This document shows, in pieces, positions 42,833-51,821 of a stretch of 62,863 nt of DNA (position 1 is the first letter of the stretch; each line of letters starts with the position of its first letter). The notes under the pieces were generated by a model that saw only the letters and a list, made by a program, of their open reading frames with translations, was not told where the DNA came from and searched no databases. Origin of the DNA: Minisyncoccota bacterium. Lineage in GTDB: Bacteria; Patescibacteriota; Minisyncoccia; Phycocordibacterales; UBA9973. Made by a program: the position numbers and the translations under genes. The stretch is from assembly GCA_942491275.1 (NCBI GenBank), contig CALNZI010000008.1, positions 1 to 62,863 on the forward strand. Reading direction: 5' to 3'.

Positions 42833-44557
42833 ATGAAACCTGAAACTAGAAATTGCCAGAATTGTAAAAAAGACTTCGTTATTGAAGTTGATGATTTTTC
42901 TTTTTATGAGAAAATCAAGGTTCCTCCTCCTACTTTTTGTCCGGGATGTCGTATGCAAAGGAGATTAAACTTTAGAAATGAAAGGTCTTTATATAAGAAA
43001 GAATGCAATCATTGCAAAAAAATGGTTATTTCTGTTTATCCAAAAGAAAGCTCGGTAATAGTTTTTTGCCAGGATTGCTGGTGGGAAGATTTCTGGGACC
43101 CTTTTTCTTTTGGAAGTGAGTATGATTTTTCAAAACCATTTTTTGAACAATTTGAAAATTTATATGCAAAAGTTCCACAGATAAGTTTATTTAATACTAA
43201 ACCTTTAAATTCAGATTATTGTAATTTTGCAGCAGAAAATAAAAACTCCTATCTCTTCTTTGGAGGAAAGGGGAATGACGGAGTTTTATATTCCCACAAC
43301 TCATCTTTTTCCAAGGATTCTTTAGATGTCTCTATATCAGGCAAATTAGAACTTTGTTATGAAGATATTCAATGTGATAATTCAAATCGTCTCTTTTTTA
43401 GTAAAGATTGTGATAATTGTGTAGATTCTTATTTTCTTTATGATTGCAAAAATTGCATAAATTGTTTTGGTTGTACTAATTTAAGGAATAAACAATATTG
43501 TTTATTTAATAAACAGCTTGGGAGAGAAGAATATTTAAAGAGTATTGAAAGTTTAAACCTAGGTAGTTTTTCTTCTGTGGCGGAGGTCAAAAAAGAGTTT
43601 CAGAATTTATACAATAAGGCTGTTCATAGATTTTCTCATTTCATAAATACAGAAAATTGTACGGGAGATAATATTAGAAATTCTAAAAATTGTAAGAATT
43701 GTTTTTATATGCTGGGTTCCGATTCTGAAAATAATAAATATTCTGCTCATTCAGTTGTCGGAATGAAAGATAGTTATGATAATTATGGATCAGCAAAAGC
43801 AGAATTAGTTTATGAAACAATAGCAATTGGGTTTGAGTCTAACGAAAATTATGATTATAAATTTAGTTTTTTTATTAGAAGTAGTAGTGATATTTCTTAT
43901 TCTATAAATTGTACTGGATCCATGCACCTCTTCGCCTGCATCGGCCTCCGAAACAAAAGTTATTGTATTCTTAACAAACAATACACCAAAGAACAATACG
44001 AAGAATTGGTCCCCAAGATAATACAACACATGAACGACATGCCATACATAGATAGTAAGGGAAGAGTATATAAATACGGAGAGTTCTTTCCATCAGAACT
44101 ATCACCATTTGCCTACAATGAAACAATAGCTCAAGAATATTTCCCATTAACAAAGGAACAAGCTCTAGAACAAGGATATAGATGGAAAGATAAGGAAGAA
44201 CGTAATTACACCATTGATATCAAGAATCAAGACATTCCCGATGATATAAAAGACGTAAACACTGACATACTAGGTAAAGTTATAGAATGTGCACATAAAG
44301 ACTGTAATCATCAATGCACTGAAGCTTTCAAGATAATACCCGAAGAACTACAGTTCTACCAAAGAATGAACTTACCCCTACCACGTCTATGTCCCAACTG
44401 TAGACATTATGAAAGACTAAACCAACGTAATCCAATGAAACTATGGCACCGATCCTGTATGAAAGAAGGATGTACCAACACCTTTCAAACATCATACTCC
44501 CCAGACAGACCAGAGATAGTATATTGTGAAGAGTGTTATCAAAAGGAGGTGTATTAA
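42833..44557 (+). CDS. Cys-rich protein with zinc-ribbon CxxC pairs and C/S/N-rich beta-helix-like repeats
   Basis: CQNC, CPGC, CNHC, CQDC at the N-terminus; CDNCVDSYFLYDCKNCINCFGC repeats; CPNC and CEEC at the C-terminus. Confidence 0.8.
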   Translation: MKPETRNCQNCKKDFVIEVDDFSFYEKIKVPPPTFCPGCRMQRRLNFRNERSLYKKECNHCKKMVISVYPKESSVIVFCQDCWWEDFWDPFSFGSEYDFSKPFFEQFENLYAKVPQISLFNTKPLNSDYCNFAAENKNSYLFFGGKGNDGVLYSHNSSFSKDSLDVSISGKLELCYEDIQCDNSNRLFFSKDCDNCVDSYFLYDCKNCINCFGCTNLRNKQYCLFNKQLGREEYLKSIESLNLGSFSSVAEVKKEFQNLYNKAVHRFSHFINTENCTGDNIRNSKNCKNCFYMLGSDSENNKYSAHSVVGMKDSYDNYGSAKAELVYETIAIGFESNENYDYKFSFFIRSSSDISYSINCTGSMHLFACIGLRNKSYCILNKQYTKEQYEELVPKIIQHMNDMPYIDSKGRVYKYGEFFPSELSPFAYNETIAQEYFPLTKEQALEQGYRWKDKEERNYTIDIKNQDIPDDIKDVNTDILGKVIECAHKDCNHQCTEAFKIIPEELQFYQRMNLPLPRLCPNCRHYERLNQRNPMKLWHRSCMKEGCTNTFQTSYSPDRPEIVYCEECYQKEVY

Positions 44558-44559
44558 AT

Positions 44560-44584
44560 TCTGCCAAGGACGGTCCTTGGTAAG
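44560..44584 (+). repeat. REP-like palindrome 4 (2 nt after the stop of the Cys-rich gene)
   Basis: TCTGCCAAGGAC-G-GTCCTTGGTAAG, then AAACGTCCGAA (44585-44595), also found at 22950-22960 near REP 1. Confidence 0.88.
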
Positions 44585-44621
44585 AAACGTCCGAATCAAG
44601 ATGAGGTGTTATAATTAAAAA

Positions 44622-45218
44622 ATGAATAAAAACACAGAATACCTAGAAGTTTTTAAGAGTGCTGATTTTAAAAGATGGCTCTCAAAAAATCATAAAGAAA
44701 AAAGTAAAATTGGTTTAATCATTCACAAAAAACATACGGGCAAAAAATCACCTAGTCATAACGAACTTTTACTGGAAGCAATTTGCTATGGTTGGGTTGA
44801 TACAGTAATAAAGAAATTAGATGAAGATAGGTTTATCCGCTTTTTTTCTAAAAGAAGTTTGAAGGGTAAGTGGAGTTATAATACATTGAGTTACGGAGAA
44901 AAAGTAATAAAAGAAAAAAGGATGAAGTCTTCAGGTTTAATTGCCTATAAGGAAGGAAAGAAGAGACTTCCTCTTGATCATGGAATTCCTAAAAATCCTG
45001 AATTACCAGAAGAAATGAAAGTTGAGCTAGATAAAAAGAAAAACAAAAAAGCTAAGGAAGCCTGGGATAAACTAGCTCCTTCCTCTAGAAAAACATATTT
45101 AAGATGGGTTATAAGAGGGAAGCAAGCTGAAACTCGAAAAAAGAGAATTTATTCGATAATTAATGGGTTAACGAAGGATGGAGTTAAAATGGGTATTTCT
45201 CTTAAGATTAATATTTAA
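44622..45218 (+). CDS. YdeI/OmpD-associated (bacteriocin-protection) family protein
   Basis: F..WL..NH, EAICYGWVD, F..R..K.KWS, W.KLAPS.RK.Y..W. Confidence 0.85.
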   Translation: MNKNTEYLEVFKSADFKRWLSKNHKEKSKIGLIIHKKHTGKKSPSHNELLLEAICYGWVDTVIKKLDEDRFIRFFSKRSLKGKWSYNTLSYGEKVIKEKRMKSSGLIAYKEGKKRLPLDHGIPKNPELPEEMKVELDKKKNKKAKEAWDKLAPSSRKTYLRWVIRGKQAETRKKRIYSIINGLTKDGVKMGISLKINI

Positions 45219-45335
45219 TATGTTCCATTATTTTTTCTTTTGTTGAAAAATGTTATAATTTAACTATGCTTGAATCTTTTCAGTCAGGAGATTTGAGTTA
45301 ATATTTTTAGAAATTACTAATAATAAAAAAAATTT

Positions 45336-46073
45336 ATGAAAAAAAAGATTACAATTATTACGGCACTAATGTTTTCTCTACTTTTAGTTTTTATGGCATT
45401 TAATGTTCAAGCTAAAGAGGGAGGGGAAGAAAAAGGAGGAATTAATGTAAAGGATAGCGTTCAGATTCAAACTACTAACCAAGGAGAAGAATCTGAAATT
45501 CAAGTTCAAAACAGAGAAGAAAATCGAGTTGAAACAAATGCTCAAGTTAAGACCCAGGGGGAAGATGATGATTCTGATGAAAATGAATATGGTAACAGAA
45601 AAAATGACGACAGTGATGATGATTTAGACGATGAAGATAACGGTAAAAATATGGGTGAAGAAAGAAGAAGTATGGTTGCCAATGCTGTTCAAGAAATGCT
45701 TCAAGTTGCTGATAGAACCGGAGGAATTGGTGAACAAGTTAGAGTTATTGCTCAAAATCAAGTAATGCACCAAGAGGCATTAGAAGAATCACTAGAAGAG
45801 GCTAGGGATCGTAGCGGTTTTGCTAAATTTTTTATTGGTCCAAAATACAATAAAATAAATGAGTCTAAAAAATTACTTGAACAAAACAAAGAAAGAGTAA
45901 CAGAATTGAATCAAATTCACGCTCAAATTTTAAATGAGGCTGATGCTCAAAATTTAATGGAACAGATTTCTCTTTTGGAACAAGCTAATCTACAAATTGA
46001 GGCAACAATCAATAGTTCAGAAAAAACCTTTAGTTTATTAGGTTGGTTTTCTAAAATGTTTGTAAAGAAATAA
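45336..46073 (+). CDS. Hypothetical secreted protein, acidic N-half and helical C-half
   Basis: Signal peptide ending VQA; D/E-rich tract; coiled-coil-like C-terminus. Confidence 0.75.
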   Translation: MKKKITIITALMFSLLLVFMAFNVQAKEGGEEKGGINVKDSVQIQTTNQGEESEIQVQNREENRVETNAQVKTQGEDDDSDENEYGNRKNDDSDDDLDDEDNGKNMGEERRSMVANAVQEMLQVADRTGGIGEQVRVIAQNQVMHQEALEESLEEARDRSGFAKFFIGPKYNKINESKKLLEQNKERVTELNQIHAQILNEADAQNLMEQISLLEQANLQIEATINSSEKTFSLLGWFSKMFVKK

Positions 46074-46103
46074 AAAACTCATAGTCAGGGGTATAATTAA
46101 TTA

Positions 46104-46784
46104 ATGTCTCACCAAGGAAATACCTGGGAAAAGGAATATCGAAATCCCAAATTGGTAACTAAAAATGAAGGTCCTCAAGCGGATACTTTACGTTTTTTGA
46201 AGTTTCTTAAAAAAAATGAAAAATATTTAGTTGAAGAAAGGAATATTTTAGATCTTGGTTGCGGAACCGGTAGAAATTCTAATTACTTAGCTGAAAAAGG
46301 GAATAGGATTATTGGAATTGAAATTTCAAGGACAGCATTGGAAATTGCTAAGCTTCGTGATTTAAATAAAAAGGTAGATTATAGACTTGGAGATATTGGC
46401 CAACCCTATGATATTCCAGATAATTCCATAGATATTATTTTAGATGTTACTAGTTCTAATTCTTTAGATGAAAAAGGGAGGGGAGTTTACTTAAAAGAAA
46501 GCTCTAGGGCTTTAAAAGAAGGTGGGTATTTCTTTGTTCGAGCTTTGGCCAAGGATGGAAATAAAAATGTAAAAAATTTATTAAAAATGAGCCCGGGTCC
46601 CGAAAAGGACACCTATATAATTAAAGAAATTAATTTGACGGAGAGAGTTTTTTCTCGAGAAGATTTTATAAGAATATATAGTAAATATTTCAAAATTCTA
46701 AAATTAGAAAAGAAAACAAACTATGCAACTTTTAATAATCGTATTTACAAAAGAGACTATTGGTTGGCCTATCTACAAAAGTAA
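46104..46784 (+). CDS. Class I SAM-dependent methyltransferase
   Basis: ILDLGCGTGRNS, IGIEIS and GD motif. Confidence 0.9.
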   Translation: MSHQGNTWEKEYRNPKLVTKNEGPQADTLRFLKFLKKNEKYLVEERNILDLGCGTGRNSNYLAEKGNRIIGIEISRTALEIAKLRDLNKKVDYRLGDIGQPYDIPDNSIDIILDVTSSNSLDEKGRGVYLKESSRALKEGGYFFVRALAKDGNKNVKNLLKMSPGPEKDTYIIKEINLTERVFSREDFIRIYSKYFKILKLEKKTNYATFNNRIYKRDYWLAYLQK

Positions 46785-46816
46785 TAGTCCCTACAAAAAA
46801 GTGTTATAATAACTTT

Positions 46817-47605
46817 ATGACCATTGGAGTATTTGATTCAGGAGTAGGTGGATTATGGGTTTTAGATCATATTAGAAGGGAATTCCCTCAATATGATTAT
46901 ATTTATATGGCTGACCAAGCTCATGTACCCTATGGCCCCAGACCAATAGAAGAAGTTCAGAATTTTTCAGAGGAGATTACAAAGTTTTTAATTAATAGAG
47001 ATTGTCAGATTATTGTTATTGCCTGTAACACAGCCTCAGCAGCCTCATTGAAATATCTAAGAAATAAATTTCCAGAAATCCTTTTTGTTGGCATGGAGCC
47101 AGCTCTTAAACCAGCAGTTGAAAATTCTAAAACTGGAAAGATCGGAGTTTTAGCTACACCCACAACTTTTAAAGGAGAACTCTATAGTTCCATTGTTGAA
47201 AAATTTGGAGAAGGCAAAGAGTTATTGGAACATACCTGCCCTGGCCTTGTTGAAGAAATAGAAAAAGGAGAATTAGATTCATTAAGTATAATTGCAATTC
47301 TCGAGCAGGCACTTTTCCATATGATAAAAAAAGGAGTGGATGCCATCGTTCTAGGTTGTACTCATTATCCTTTTGTATTACCATCCATTAAAAAAATTGT
47401 TGGGAAAAAAGTTAAAATTATTGACCCCACTCTAGCCATTGTTCGACAGGTTGGGAGAATTATAGAAAAAGAGGGTCTTACAAAGAATTCAATTTCTAGT
47501 GGAAGCCTAGAGGTATTTACTTCAGGAGATCCTGTGAAAATAGAGACTTTTCTGTGGGAATCATTGAAACAAAAAATAAAAGTACAAAAATATGAAATTA
47601 AGTAA
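46817..47605 (+). CDS. murI: Glutamate racemase
   Basis: GVFDSGVGG, PYG, IACNTAS and LGCTHYP; start set at ATG 46817, 6 nt after TGTTATAAT. Confidence 0.96.
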   Translation: MTIGVFDSGVGGLWVLDHIRREFPQYDYIYMADQAHVPYGPRPIEEVQNFSEEITKFLINRDCQIIVIACNTASAASLKYLRNKFPEILFVGMEPALKPAVENSKTGKIGVLATPTTFKGELYSSIVEKFGEGKELLEHTCPGLVEEIEKGELDSLSIIAILEQALFHMIKKGVDAIVLGCTHYPFVLPSIKKIVGKKVKIIDPTLAIVRQVGRIIEKEGLTKNSISSGSLEVFTSGDPVKIETFLWESLKQKIKVQKYEIK

Positions 47606-49085
47606 AACAGATTATCTTATATATAAAGACTGCGGGAAAAATGCCTGGCTTAAAATTCACAAATATGATGTATATAAGACAAAAACATTATCTGCCTTTG
47701 AGGAGGGAATAATTGAAACCGGGAATGAAGTTGATGAATTGGCAAGAGATTTATTTCCTGGAGGAGTTCTTTTGAAAGATAGAAATGCTTCAGATGAAAC
47801 AGCTAAACTAATAAAAGAAAAGACTTCAGTAATTTATCAGCCAGTTTTTGAAACAGATAAATATAAAGTTATTTGCGATATTATTGTTTGGAATAAAAAT
47901 TCAGAAGTTTATGATCTTTATGAAGTAAAGGCTTCCAATAGTGGAGAAAATAAAAGTGCTAAGGATAAACTCTATACTGATGATATTGCTTTTCAATATT
48001 TAGTTTTAAAAGAATTAGGAATTCCTCTAGGGAAATTAAACTTAATAAGACTCAATAGTGAATATATTAGAGGGGCTAATCTTGATATTGAGGGTTTATT
48101 TTCAATTGAAGATTTCACAGAAAGAGTTATGTACGTAGAGGAGAGTGTCATTTTAGAGATGGAAAATGCCTATGGAGTTCTTTCTTCAGAGCAGGAACCA
48201 ATTGGTCCCTGTAAGTGCATAGCTAGAGGTAGAAGTGCTCATTGTACGACATTTTCATATTCTAATCCGGATATTCCAGAATATAGTGTCCATGATATTT
48301 CAAGAATAGGAAGTTCTAAAAAGAAATTAGCTGAACTTGTTGATTCTGGTATTTTTGATATAAAAGATGTTCCTGAGGATTTTCCTTTAAGTGAAAAACA
48401 AAGAAATCAAGTTGATGCTATTCAATTGAATAAAATATTCATCAATAAAGAAGAAATTAAAAATTTTCTTGATTCTATTTCTGAACCTATTTCATTTTTA
48501 GATTATGAAACCTATGCTGCTGGAATTCCCAGGTATGCTGGTTATTCTCCTTTCAATCAAATTCCATTTCAGTTTTCTCTGCATGTTGTGAGAGACTTAG
48601 ATAGAGAACCAGATCATTCAGAGTTTATTTTTACGGAGAATAAGAATCCCGATGAAGCATTTATTTTAGCCCTCAAAGAACAACTTCCAAAGAAAGGGAA
48701 TGTCGTTGCCTGGCATAAGAGTTTTGAAATTGGAAGAAACAAAGATTTAATAAAAAGAAATCCTGAGCATAAAGTTTTTTTAGAAGATTTGAATTCTCGA
48801 ATGGTTGACCTAGAAGAAGTTTTTTTGAATCAACACTTCGTTCATCCTAAATTTAAAGGGAAAACTTCTATTAAATTTGTTTTACCCGTGCTTGTTCCAG
48901 AGTTGTCCTACAAAGAGCTTGATATTCAAGAAGGAGCTTCAGCTTCAAATACCTGGGATCAAATTGTCACCGGTGTTTATAAGGAAAAAGAAAAATTAGA
49001 AAAAATTGAGAATCTAAAAATTTACTGCAAATTAGACACCTATGCTATGTATAAAATCTGGAAATATTTAAGGGAGATAAAATAG
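47592..49085 (+). CDS. DUF2779-type protein (PD-(D/E)xK-like N-region plus RNase H-like C-domain)
   Basis: CDII...LYEVKAS; FLDYET, QIPFQFSLH, W..SFE, MVDL, SIK.VLP and YCKLDTYAM. Confidence 0.8.
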   Translation: MKLSKTDYLIYKDCGKNAWLKIHKYDVYKTKTLSAFEEGIIETGNEVDELARDLFPGGVLLKDRNASDETAKLIKEKTSVIYQPVFETDKYKVICDIIVWNKNSEVYDLYEVKASNSGENKSAKDKLYTDDIAFQYLVLKELGIPLGKLNLIRLNSEYIRGANLDIEGLFSIEDFTERVMYVEESVILEMENAYGVLSSEQEPIGPCKCIARGRSAHCTTFSYSNPDIPEYSVHDISRIGSSKKKLAELVDSGIFDIKDVPEDFPLSEKQRNQVDAIQLNKIFINKEEIKNFLDSISEPISFLDYETYAAGIPRYAGYSPFNQIPFQFSLHVVRDLDREPDHSEFIFTENKNPDEAFILALKEQLPKKGNVVAWHKSFEIGRNKDLIKRNPEHKVFLEDLNSRMVDLEEVFLNQHFVHPKFKGKTSIKFVLPVLVPELSYKELDIQEGASASNTWDQIVTGVYKEKEKLEKIENLKIYCKLDTYAMYKIWKYLREIK

Positions 49086-49131
49086 CTGAAATTATTGGAA
49101 AATAGCCTTAAAAATGTTATATTTTTAAGGT

Positions 49132-49842
49132 ATGAAAGATTACGAAAAGGGGTCTTTGCACCCATTAACGTTGATAATAAACCAATCTGTCTCTATATTT
49201 AAAGACCTTGGTTTTGTGGTGGAAGTTGGCCCTGAACTAGAAGATCAATGGCACAATTTTGATGCTTTAAATATACCAAAGGATCATCCAGCTCGTGATA
49301 TGCAGGATACATTTTTTATAAAAAATAAAGAAGATTTTGTTCTTCGTACTCATACTTCAAATACTCAAATTAGATTTATGGAAAATCTATCAAAATCTAG
49401 CAATAAGCCTCCGTTTGCAATTATTGTTCCTGGAAAAGTTTTTAGAAATGAAGCCACCGACTCTACTCATGAAATGCAATTCAGTCAGATTGAAGGGTTG
49501 ATGATAGGTGAAGATATTTCTGTTGCCCACATGAAAGGTGTTCTCTTGGAATTTTTCAAAAGATTTTTTGATGGAGAAAAAGTGGATATTAGGTTGCGCC
49601 CTAGTTTTTTCCCATTTGTTGAACCTGGTTTTGAAATAGATCTCAGAAGGGGAGATAAGTGGATAGAATTATTGGGAGCAGGAATGGTTCATCCTAAGGT
49701 TTTAGAAAATTGTGGAATTGATTCAGAAAAATATCAAGGATTTGCTTTTGGTATTGGAGCTGACCGTTTAATGATGATGAAGTTGGGTGTTTCCGATGTT
49801 AGATATTCTTATCAAGGAGATTTAAGACTTAATCAATTTTAA
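49132..49842 (+). CDS. pheS: Phenylalanine-tRNA ligase alpha subunit (short form)
   Basis: HNFDALN...HPARDMQDTF, LRTHTS, YFPF-like FFPFVEP and FAFGIGADR; only 236 aa. Confidence 0.95.
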   Translation: MKDYEKGSLHPLTLIINQSVSIFKDLGFVVEVGPELEDQWHNFDALNIPKDHPARDMQDTFFIKNKEDFVLRTHTSNTQIRFMENLSKSSNKPPFAIIVPGKVFRNEATDSTHEMQFSQIEGLMIGEDISVAHMKGVLLEFFKRFFDGEKVDIRLRPSFFPFVEPGFEIDLRRGDKWIELLGAGMVHPKVLENCGIDSEKYQGFAFGIGADRLMMMKLGVSDVRYSYQGDLRLNQF

Positions 49843-49845
49843 TAT

Positions 49846-51672
49846 ATGTTAATTTCATACAATTGGCTAAAATCATATGTTCCCGAACTTCCAGAAAGTG
49901 AAAAAATTTCTGATATTATTAACAATCATCTTTGTGAGATTGAAGGTATTGAAAAAAAAGAAAATGATACAGTTTTTGATTTAAATATCTTGCCGGACAG
50001 AGCCCACGATTTACTTTCTCACCAAGGTGTTGCTCGAGAGTTAGCTTCTTTGCTGGAGTTAGATTTTAAACTTCCTGAATATAAAATTCCCACAGATAAT
50101 AAATCTAATTTCAAAATAGAAATAGAGACCGATAAATGTCGTCGATATATGGGTAGAATTGTTAGGAATGTAAAGATTGGACCATCTCCAAAATGGATGG
50201 CTGATTATCTAACTGCCATTGGGCAAAGAAGTATAAATAATATTGTTGATGCAACAAATATTGTGATGTTTGATTGTGGCCAACCAATTCATGCTTTTGA
50301 TTTAAAAGAACTTTCTTCGGAGAAAATAGTAGTTAAAAATGCTGTTATGGATGAAGAATTACAATTAGTTGGATCTGAAGAGGCAATCGTTAAATTAACC
50401 GATTCAAATATGATGATTACCGATGGAAAAAAGAACCTTGCAATAGCAGGAGTTAAAGGGGGAAAGAATTCTGGAGTCTCAGAAAATACAAAGGATCTTT
50501 TAATTGAAGTGGCGAACTTTGAACCAGTTTCTGTTCGTAGAACTTCAAGAGTTTTAGGAATACAAACAGACGCAACAAAGAGATATGAAAATGATTTATC
50601 TGCAAATTTATGTGATTTTGCAATGAAAGAAATTTCATCCTTATTTTTGGACATGTTTCCTGACGCAAAGTTTGAAGAAATTATTGATGAATATCCCATA
50701 AAGAAAGAAAAGAAAGTTATTTCTTTTAGTACAGAATATGTTTCAAAAATGTTGGGTGTTGAGATTTCAGATAAAGAGATAGAAAAAATCTTAAAAAATT
50801 ATAACTTTGATTATAGCGGAAATTGGAATGTGGAAGTTCCTGATATGAGAATCGATTTAAGTGGCCCGCAGGATATGGTTGAGGAAATAGGGAGAGTCTA
50901 TGGTTATGATAAAATTCCTTCAAGATTACCAGAGGTAGATTTTCCCGGAGAGAATAATCCTATTTGGGATAAAATACAAAAAGCGAAGGTCCAGCTTATT
51001 AATGATGGATATAAGGAGATAATGACCTACACTTTTACCAATAGGGGCAAAGTTGAAGTTTTAGCCAGCGCCAGTGATAAAAATTTTCTAAGAGACAATC
51101 TTTCTGACGGGCTTAGGGAGAGTTTAAGATTAAATAAAATAAATGCACCACTTCTTGATTTTGATGAAATTAAAATTTTTGAAATAGGGACAGTGTTTTT
51201 TGAGGATAGGGAGGAAATTCATGTTTGTTTTAATGAGAAGAAAAATATTATAGAAATGACGCTAAAAGAGTTTTCGGGAAAGAAGATTTCTTCTGAAGTC
51301 TACGGATATTTTTCTGCTGAAAAATTCCTCGTGCTCGGGCCGTCGCCCTCCCAAGGTACTTCAGATGAAACTTCTTTTCCTTCAACTTTTAAACCTTGGT
51401 CTTCCTATCCATTTATTTCTCGTGATATTTCTGTTTGGGTTCCAGAAAATACTAAGCCAGAAGAGTTGTCAAAAATTTATGAAGAACTTGGAACTGATCT
51501 TCTTATTAATAAACCAAAACTTTTCGATCAATTTACTAAGGATGGAAGGACTTCCTATGCATTTCGATTGGTTTTTCAATCTCAAGAGAGAACTCTGACG
51601 GACGAGGAAATAAATAAAGTAATGGTAAAAATTGAAGAGAAAATAGCTTCTTCTGGGTGGGAAGTAAGATAA
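49846..51672 (+). CDS. pheT: Phenylalanine-tRNA ligase beta subunit (short form) with a repeat-derived in-frame insert
   Basis: MLISYNWL, PDRAHDLLSHQG.ARE, INNIVDATN, B5 RIDL...EEIGR.YGYD, B8 YPFISRDIS...SYAFRL.FQ...RTL. Confidence 0.95.
   Translation: MLISYNWLKSYVPELPESEKISDIINNHLCEIEGIEKKENDTVFDLNILPDRAHDLLSHQGVARELASLLELDFKLPEYKIPTDNKSNFKIEIETDKCRRYMGRIVRNVKIGPSPKWMADYLTAIGQRSINNIVDATNIVMFDCGQPIHAFDLKELSSEKIVVKNAVMDEELQLVGSEEAIVKLTDSNMMITDGKKNLAIAGVKGGKNSGVSENTKDLLIEVANFEPVSVRRTSRVLGIQTDATKRYENDLSANLCDFAMKEISSLFLDMFPDAKFEEIIDEYPIKKEKKVISFSTEYVSKMLGVEISDKEIEKILKNYNFDYSGNWNVEVPDMRIDLSGPQDMVEEIGRVYGYDKIPSRLPEVDFPGENNPIWDKIQKAKVQLINDGYKEIMTYTFTNRGKVEVLASASDKNFLRDNLSDGLRESLRLNKINAPLLDFDEIKIFEIGTVFFEDREEIHVCFNEKKNIIEMTLKEFSGKKISSEVYGYFSAEKFLVLGPSPSQGTSDETSFPSTFKPWSSYPFISRDISVWVPENTKPEELSKIYEELGTDLLINKPKLFDQFTKDGRTSYAFRLVFQSQERTLTDEEINKVMVKIEEKIASSGWEVR
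51279..51378 (+). repeat. Dispersed structured repeat, copy E, inside the pheT coding sequence
   Basis: ATTTTTC-TGCT-GAAAAAT and GGGC-CGTC-GCCC; IR AAAGAAGATTTCTTCTGAAGT / ACTTCAGATGAAACTTCTTT. Confidence 0.85.
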
Positions 51673-51821
51673 ATAAAAATAGTTAAATATTCATTAAATA
51701 ACCTTATTAAATAAGGTTAAAAATACTCTAAAAACACTGGTTTTTCGAGTATTTTTTTGCTATAATAGAAGAGTATCTTACCCAGTTTATGAGGGTATTT
51801 TTAAATTAATTTTTTAACAAA

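Noticed and set aside
42833-44557. Diversity-generating retroelement target
   Set aside because: No reverse transcriptase and no template/variable repeat pair differing at adenines are visible in the window.
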